Below are positions 58,031 to 64,000 of a stretch of DNA of 64,000 nucleotides, piece by piece. A program made the translations under genes and the position numbers. Positions within the stretch are counted from its first letter, which is position 1; each line of letters opens with the position of its first letter. The stretch covers positions 33,487 through 97,486 of IMG/VR virus record IMGVR_UViG_3300027749_000066; one strand, given 5' to 3'. This DNA comes from a virus. The notes beneath the pieces were generated by a model. It was not told the origin of the DNA. It saw only the letters and a list, made by a program, of their open reading frames with translations, and ran no database searches.

Positions 58031-58276
58031 ATGAATACTGTGGATAGCATTATTGAAAAATGGGACGATGATATAGTTCGTACTCATTCAGCAGATTGTT
58101 GGCAGTGGCATCCTACTTGTGCTATTGCAATTCTTGCTGATGAGATTTATGATCTTCGTTCTCTTATTGAAGCATGGGCTGATGCAGATGATATTTATTC
58201 TGAGGGTTTGAGTGATAAACAGCATGACTCCCTTGAATCTGCTTATGATGCACTTCGTCAGGCGGTGGGGCGATGA
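58031..58276 (+). CDS. hypothetical protein
   Basis: RBS AGGAG; paralog of next. Confidence 0.65.
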   Translation: MNTVDSIIEKWDDDIVRTHSADCWQWHPTCAIAILADEIYDLRSLIEAWADADDIYSEGLSDKQHDSLESAYDALRQAVGR

Positions 58277-58518
58277 GTGACATCGTGGAACGACTGCGAG
58301 CAAATATGAACCCCTGCATACGTTCAGGACAGTTTGATGCTGGACTCTGCGTTGAATGTGAAGCTGCCGATGAGATTGAGCGATTGCGCTCCCTCATTAC
58401 CGAATGGGCCGATGCTGACGATGGTGATCTGCCATTCAATGAGAAGTATCATGAATGTACTTGCGATAAACGCTTCTGTGTGGCAGCACGATCACTCCGC
58501 AAAGCAGTTGGACGATAG
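58273..58518 (+). CDS. hypothetical protein
   Basis: MSDIVERLR...EAADEIERLR. Confidence 0.65.
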   Translation: MSDIVERLRANMNPCIRSGQFDAGLCVECEAADEIERLRSLITEWADADDGDLPFNEKYHECTCDKRFCVAARSLRKAVGR

Positions 58519-58671
58519 GCCCATATCATGAATTATCTATGCACCATAATATGAACTGTGTAGAAATTTCCTGATAAACGGTAGCGTAGTTATCCGATAA
58601 ATGGTAGTGTAGTGACGTATTTGTCACATAGTACTAAAATTTAATATAGTGACATATCTGTCACAAACTAC

Positions 58672-58741
58672 CCCCAATGTGCCGGATGCACAAACGATGC
58701 TTCTAACATTGTTGAGCTAGGTTCAACTCCTAGATTGGGGA
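58672..58741 (+). tRNA. tRNA-Arg(TCT), atypical D arm
   Basis: CCCCAAT/ATTGGGG, loop CTTCTAA, GGTTCAACTCC. Confidence 0.62.
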
Positions 58742-58774
58742 CGCTTATAAAGATAATCAATGATATACTATTAG

Positions 58775-59179
58775 ATGGCCGGAATTATTGTAGATATTGA
58801 TGGAACATTACTTAGTGGCAATAATGGTATTGATAAAACTATTGCTTGGGTAAATGAAAAATCAAAAACATATAAAATCTATATTTCAACTGGAAGACCA
58901 GAATCTGATAGAGCTTCTACTACAAAAGCACTCAAAAATGCTGGAGTGAAGTTCAATAGACTTTATATGAATAGTTTAGGTCATGGACATCAGTATACTT
59001 TGGAGTCTAAAAGAAATCATGCTCAAAGTTTACTTAAATCAGATAATATTACTTTAGCAATTGACAATGATGCTGATGCTAGAGAAGTATACTCTAAACT
59101 TGGTATTGCTACAAAAAATCCATCAAGTCTTCCAAAAACTCTTAGTAAAATTGAGGGTTTTTGGGAAGGTCTTTTCTGA
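58775..59179 (+). CDS. HAD phosphatase (PNKP C-terminal-like)
   Basis: DIDGTL, STGRPE, IDND. Confidence 0.82.
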   Translation: MAGIIVDIDGTLLSGNNGIDKTIAWVNEKSKTYKIYISTGRPESDRASTTKALKNAGVKFNRLYMNSLGHGHQYTLESKRNHAQSLLKSDNITLAIDNDADAREVYSKLGIATKNPSSLPKTLSKIEGFWEGLF

Positions 59180-59224
59180 TTTATGCTAGACTAGATATCT
59201 AGGAATAATAAAGAAAGATTTAAA

Positions 59225-60211
59225 ATGAATGAAATTGGGTGGTTTAGTCCTCCGGGATTAGGCGATGGAATTGGTTATGGCTATGCAGCTATTAAAACAA
59301 TAGAAGCACTTAAAAATAAACATATAAAAGTTTCTTTCGATAGTAGAGAAACAAAAACTCATATTTCTTTTATTCAGCCTGAATATTATAGAGGTGAGCC
59401 AGATCAGTATCGGATTGGATATACTCCTTGGGAGTCATCCGTTATTCCAGAATCTTGGCCTCACACTATGAATCAAATGAATGAAATTTGGACTACTTCA
59501 CAGTATTGTGTTGATGTATTTAATTCTTTTAATGTAAATAAAACTGTTCGGCTAGTTCCTCATGGAATTGATCAAGAATTATGGAAAATTGAAAATAGAT
59601 ATCTTCAAGAAAAATTTGTCTTTTTTCATGTTGGAGGGCCAACTGAAAGAAAAGGTGGGCAAAGAGTAGTTGACGCATTTATAGATTTATTTGATGGTAA
59701 TCCTAATGTTATTCTTGTACTTAAATCTAATGAAGTTACTGAATGTAGATTTTATGAAAATGGTGTAGATTTTAAAAGTGCTAAATTTCATCCTCAAATT
59801 TTATCTATTGATTATAAAGTATCTGTTGAAGATTTAGTTAAATTATATAATGCTGCTCATTGTCTTGTATATCCAACTAATGGAGAAGGATTTGGATTAA
59901 TCCCATTTCAGGGCATAGCTACAGGTCTACCTACAATTGTAACTAATGCAACGGCTTGTGCAGATTTTGCTGAAATGTCTGTACCATTGGATTCGCATCC
60001 AGCACGGGGCGAAGGGGTTCATCTTGGTGACTGGGTTGATCCAGACCTTGATGATCTTCGTGATAAAATGAGATATGTTTACGAAAATTACGAGCAAGTG
60101 AAGGAAAAGACACTTCACTCTGCTACTATGATTCACAACACACAAACGTGGGATCATGTAGCAGATTTGATTGTAAATATTCTTGGGGAAAAAATTTCTC
60201 AAAGAGTTTAA
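59225..60211 (+). CDS. glycosyltransferase family 4
   Basis: TPWES, VPHGID, RKGG, GEGFGLIP. Confidence 0.88.
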   Translation: MNEIGWFSPPGLGDGIGYGYAAIKTIEALKNKHIKVSFDSRETKTHISFIQPEYYRGEPDQYRIGYTPWESSVIPESWPHTMNQMNEIWTTSQYCVDVFNSFNVNKTVRLVPHGIDQELWKIENRYLQEKFVFFHVGGPTERKGGQRVVDAFIDLFDGNPNVILVLKSNEVTECRFYENGVDFKSAKFHPQILSIDYKVSVEDLVKLYNAAHCLVYPTNGEGFGLIPFQGIATGLPTIVTNATACADFAEMSVPLDSHPARGEGVHLGDWVDPDLDDLRDKMRYVYENYEQVKEKTLHSATMIHNTQTWDHVADLIVNILGEKISQRV

Positions 60212-60237
60212 AATAATATAATAATATAGGAGAAAAA

Positions 60238-62259
60238 GTGGGAAGTACAGACTTCTTGAGTTTCAAGTTGGCAGAAGATTTTATTATTTCTTATCAGGAG
60301 CGTAATGTTCCTTGGGGCTTCCCTATTGGTGGAGGCAACTCTCTTGGTGAGTTAACATTTCTTACAAAGTATTCTCGTCGCAAAAGCGATGGGACTAAAG
60401 AACGTTGGTTTGAGACTTGTCGAAGAGTTATTGAAGGAACTTTTACTATTCAGAAGGATTGGTGCAAGGAGAATCGTCTTCCTTGGAATGAGCGTAAGGC
60501 TCAGGCAACTGCCCAAGATGCATATGAGCGTTTGTTCGTTGGTAAGTGGACTCCTCCCGGTCGTGGCCTTTGGATGATGGGGACTGAGTTTGTTCATGCT
60601 AGCAAGAATTCTGCTGCCCTTCAGAACTGTTCTTTCCTTTCTACTGAAAGTATTTCTCCTCGTAGCGTACATGATGCAGTATGGCCTTTTGTTCGTTTAA
60701 TGGAAATGTCAATGCTTGGTGTTGGCGTTGGTTTTGATACTAAGGGCGCAGGGAAGCTCGAGATTCATCAGCCCAATTCTGATATCAAGACATTTGTTGT
60801 CCCTGACTCGCGTGAGGGCTGGTTTGAATCAGTCTCTATTCTGCTTGAGTCTTATTTCTTTGCTAATAGGAATACTGTTGAGTTTGACTATTCTGAGATT
60901 CGTCCTTCCGGTGAACCTATTAGGGGATTTGGCGGTGTTGCTGCTGGTCCGGGTCCATTGATTGATCTTCATTCTTCTCTCAAAAAGCAATTTGATAATC
61001 GTGGTGGAGATAAGATTACTGCCACTGATATTGTCGATATTCAAAATAAGATTGGCAAGTGTGTTGTATCTGGTAATGTTCGTCGTTCTGCTGAGATTGC
61101 GCTTGGAGACGCAAATGATCAGGAATTTCTTAATCTAAAGAATTGGGAAATTAATCCCGAGCGTATGGGAGCGAATGGTTGGGGACATACTTCTAACAAT
61201 TCTATTGTTGCAAATGTTGGTGATAATTTTGATCACATTGCAACTCTCATTGGTGACAATGGAGAGCCGGGGATTGTTTGGCTTGATCTTTGTCGTAAGT
61301 TTGGCCGTCTTGTTGATTCTGCCAATGATAAGGATTGGCGTGCTGCTGGAACTAATCCTTGTTCTGAGCAAACTCTTGAGTCCGGTGAGTGCTGCACTCT
61401 TGTGGAAAACTTTATTTCTCGTCATGATTCATTTGAGGATTTTAATAAGACTCTTAAGGTTTCATATCTTTATGCTAAGTCTGTAACTCTTCTTCCTACT
61501 CATTGGCCTGAGACTAATGCTATTATGCAACGTAATCGTCGTATTGGTTGCTCTGTATCTGGTCTTGCTCATTTTGCTGAGATGCATGGTTGGACTGAAC
61601 TTCGCACTTGGCTTGATACTGGATATCATAATATTCAAGTTTTGGACACTAAATACTCAGAGTGGCTTGGATGTCGCTCTTCTATTAAAACAACGTCTGT
61701 GAAGCCTTCTGGAACCGTCTCGTTGCTCTTTGGAGTCACCCCCGGTGTTCACTGGCCTACAGCAGATGTATATATTCGTCGTATGCGCTTTGCCACTAAT
61801 GATCCTTTGCTTGATGCTCTTGCAAAGGCGGGATATAAGGCAGAACCTGATGTTATGGACCCAACTCATAGCGTTGTTGTTGAACTTCCTACGGTTGGTC
61901 CTGAGGTTCGTACTGAACGTGAGGTTTCGATGTGGGAGAAAACATCTCTTGCTATTCTTGCTCAGCGTTATTGGGCAGATAATCAGGTATCAGTTACAGT
62001 GACATTCACTGATGATGAGAAGAGTCAGATTGGCGCTTTGCTTCGTTCGATTGATGGTCAGTTGAAGTCTGTTTCTATGCTTCCTATTCTTGAGGTTGGT
62101 GGAGCTTATGCTCAGATGCCTTATGAGAGGATTGACCTTGATACTTGGAATGGGTCAGTTAAAAAGATCAAGAGTATCAATTGGAATAGTCTATATGCTG
62201 GTAATTCTTTTGATGCAGAAGGTGAGAAGTACTGCAGCAACGATACTTGCGAAATTTAA
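60238..62259 (+). CDS. nrdJ: class II (B12-dependent) ribonucleotide reductase
   Basis: PPGRGLW, NC, RRSAEI, TNPCSEQ, KPSGTVS, C-terminal CSNDTC. Confidence 0.93.
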   Translation: MGSTDFLSFKLAEDFIISYQERNVPWGFPIGGGNSLGELTFLTKYSRRKSDGTKERWFETCRRVIEGTFTIQKDWCKENRLPWNERKAQATAQDAYERLFVGKWTPPGRGLWMMGTEFVHASKNSAALQNCSFLSTESISPRSVHDAVWPFVRLMEMSMLGVGVGFDTKGAGKLEIHQPNSDIKTFVVPDSREGWFESVSILLESYFFANRNTVEFDYSEIRPSGEPIRGFGGVAAGPGPLIDLHSSLKKQFDNRGGDKITATDIVDIQNKIGKCVVSGNVRRSAEIALGDANDQEFLNLKNWEINPERMGANGWGHTSNNSIVANVGDNFDHIATLIGDNGEPGIVWLDLCRKFGRLVDSANDKDWRAAGTNPCSEQTLESGECCTLVENFISRHDSFEDFNKTLKVSYLYAKSVTLLPTHWPETNAIMQRNRRIGCSVSGLAHFAEMHGWTELRTWLDTGYHNIQVLDTKYSEWLGCRSSIKTTSVKPSGTVSLLFGVTPGVHWPTADVYIRRMRFATNDPLLDALAKAGYKAEPDVMDPTHSVVVELPTVGPEVRTEREVSMWEKTSLAILAQRYWADNQVSVTVTFTDDEKSQIGALLRSIDGQLKSVSMLPILEVGGAYAQMPYERIDLDTWNGSVKKIKSINWNSLYAGNSFDAEGEKYCSNDTCEI

Positions 62260-62367
62260 CAAAAAAGTATCTTTTAATGGCAGAACTATACCAAAAATGG
62301 TATAGTTCTGCCATTTTTGCTTTGTTTTCTTGCTTGATAACACAATATCTGTGATAATATTATTGAT

Positions 62368-62703
62368 ATGGGAAAAATGCTTAAAAATGTACAAGTAGTT
62401 GTTGAAGATCTTCGTGGTGTTTGCCTTTGGGAAATGCCAGATGGTGCTTGCCTTGGCGATGATGAAGGAAGAATGCTTTCTATGGAAGGCAATATCAATG
62501 ATTTTATTATTGAAAAAAAAATGAGAGATGCTGCAAAATATTATATTGGCGTAGAGGCTCTTGATGGTCATCCTCGTTGGATGCCAGGAAGTCGTAAAAT
62601 TACTGATAATGAATCTGATGATCATATGGAAAGAATGCTGGATGGCGATATTCCAGATCCTGTTGATGCATTTAAACAGTTAAATAGAAAAGGTTTAGTA
62701 TGA
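62368..62703 (+). CDS. hypothetical protein upstream of portal
   Basis: Coupled to portal. Confidence 0.7.
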   Translation: MGKMLKNVQVVVEDLRGVCLWEMPDGACLGDDEGRMLSMEGNINDFIIEKKMRDAAKYYIGVEALDGHPRWMPGSRKITDNESDDHMERMLDGDIPDPVDAFKQLNRKGLV

Positions 62704-64000
62704 GAAGAATCGCAGCCTCAATGATAGAAGACAATAAAGAAATTATTGAGATTGATGATATTACTAGTACCTATACTAATGCTATTGATTTAATTAAAGT
62801 TGAAGATAAAGATATTTTTAAACTTCCTATTGATTTAGAAAAACAAACAAAAAAAGTAAAAACTACATATCAAAAATTAAATAAAAGATATCAAACTAGT
62901 GCTGATGGCACTGAGTCTAAATTTGTTGATCCAGAAATGGTCAATGGATATGGGATGTTTGATCTCGTCCAGCCTCCTTATAATCTTGAAATTTTGGCTT
63001 CTTTATTTGAGGAAAATTCAGTTCATCATGCCAGCATTCTAGCTCGAACTATGAATACTGTTGCTCTTGGTTATCGATGGGAAGATACAACAAAGACAAA
63101 AAAAAGAATAGAAAAAGCTTCTTCTAAAGAAGGCGATGGGTTGACAAGACTTCGTGATGAACTTCAAAAAGAAGAGGATAGACTTGATGAACTTTTTGAA
63201 GATTTTAATATTGATGAAGATTTTATTGAAACTTTAATTAAAGTTTGGGTTGATTATCTTACAACTGGTAACGGTTATATGGAAATTGGCCGTAATAGAA
63301 ATGGAACTATTGGATATGTTGGACATATTCCTTCCGTCTTTGTTCGCATAAGAAGAGCACGCGATGGATTTGTTCAGAGAGCAGCAGCAAGATTTATTTA
63401 TTTTAGAAATTTTCAGGATACTAAAACTCCAGATCCTATTGGTTCTGATAATAATCCTAATGAGATTATTCATTTTAGACAATATAGTCCTACTAATACA
63501 TATTACGGTGTTCCTTCAGCAGTTGCTGCTTTAAGTGCAATTATTGGAGATAAATTTGCTAAAGAATATAATATTGATTATTTTGAAAATAAAAGTATTC
63601 CTCGTTATGCAATTATTTTAAAGGGTGCAAATCTTTCTCAAAAATCAAAACAAGAAGTTGTTAATTATTTTAAAAATGAAATTAAAGGCAATAATCATGG
63701 AACATTATTTATTCCTCTTCCCGCTACTCTTGGTAGAGAAGTAGATATTAAATTTGAAAAACTTGAAAATACTGTTCAAGATAGTTCTTTTGATAAATAT
63801 CGTAAATCAAATAGAGATGAAATTACTGTAGCTAATAGAGTTCCTGCTCCAAAAATTGGTATTTATGATAATGCTAATCTTGCTGTTTCAAGAGATGCTG
63901 ATAAAACATTTAAAAATCAAGTTGTTGGACCTGATCAAAAAGTTCTTGAAAATAAACTCAATAGAATTGTAAAAGAATTTACAGACAAAAAACTTCTTAA
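62700..64000 (+). CDS. portal protein (3' truncated)
   Basis: Open frame to window end; PPYNL, TGNGYMEIGR, NEIIHF, YYGVP, YFENKSIP. Confidence 0.88.
   Translation, partial: MRRIAASMIEDNKEIIEIDDITSTYTNAIDLIKVEDKDIFKLPIDLEKQTKKVKTTYQKLNKRYQTSADGTESKFVDPEMVNGYGMFDLVQPPYNLEILASLFEENSVHHASILARTMNTVALGYRWEDTTKTKKRIEKASSKEGDGLTRLRDELQKEEDRLDELFEDFNIDEDFIETLIKVWVDYLTTGNGYMEIGRNRNGTIGYVGHIPSVFVRIRRARDGFVQRAAARFIYFRNFQDTKTPDPIGSDNNPNEIIHFRQYSPTNTYYGVPSAVAALSAIIGDKFAKEYNIDYFENKSIPRYAIILKGANLSQKSKQEVVNYFKNEIKGNNHGTLFIPLPATLGREVDIKFEKLENTVQDSSFDKYRKSNRDEITVANRVPAPKIGIYDNANLAVSRDADKTFKNQVVGPDQKVLENKLNRIVKEFTDKKLL

Noticed and set aside
58672-58741. tRNA-Pyl or amber suppressor (CTA near the loop, short D loop)
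   Set aside because: The symmetric 7-nt loop CTTCTAA centres on TCT, and TAG is used as a normal stop.

Overview
A 64-kb segment of a large lytic dsDNA tailed phage with an actinobacterial host. The host call rests on two WhiB genes, an Rpf protein, DUF3039, a MSMEG_6728-like glycosylase and leaderless promoters. Gene content and order resemble large Streptomyces cluster BE/BK-type siphoviruses. Layout: (1) 1-19.4 kb is a rightward replication, recombination and packaging module (MerR HTH, WhiB, DnaB helicase, DnaG primase, SSB, dCMP deaminase, DnaE, HNH, RecA, Hjc, Cas4-like, RuvC, terminase, Rpf). (2) 19.7-32.6 kb has about 45 small, mostly acidic rightward ORFs. (3) 33-44.3 kb is a GC-rich leftward island built from about 14 repeated modules of 450-950 bp. 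Each module is a promoter plus a single ORF, a conserved hairpin that in six cases supplies the ORF's TGA stop, DnaA boxes, a second bulged covarying hairpin and, in several modules, 11-bp-periodic PHO-box-like repeats. The island includes an oriC-like cluster of >20 DnaA boxes and is preceded by a parS site and an SOS box. (4) 44.3-47 kb has leftward small genes (C5 methylase, Nmad1) and a 9-bp tandem repeat. (5) 47.5-64 kb is rightward: peptide deformylase, ThyX, endolysin, a glycosyltransferase cluster, five tRNAs that all read A-ending codons, class II RNR and the start of the portal gene. The standout candidate novel system is the cassette and host-factor binding-site island. It may be the first-injected long terminal repeat, acting as a shufflable early-gene array and as a DnaA/PhoP/ParB binding platform or decoy. 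All calls are by eye from motifs; no searches were run.
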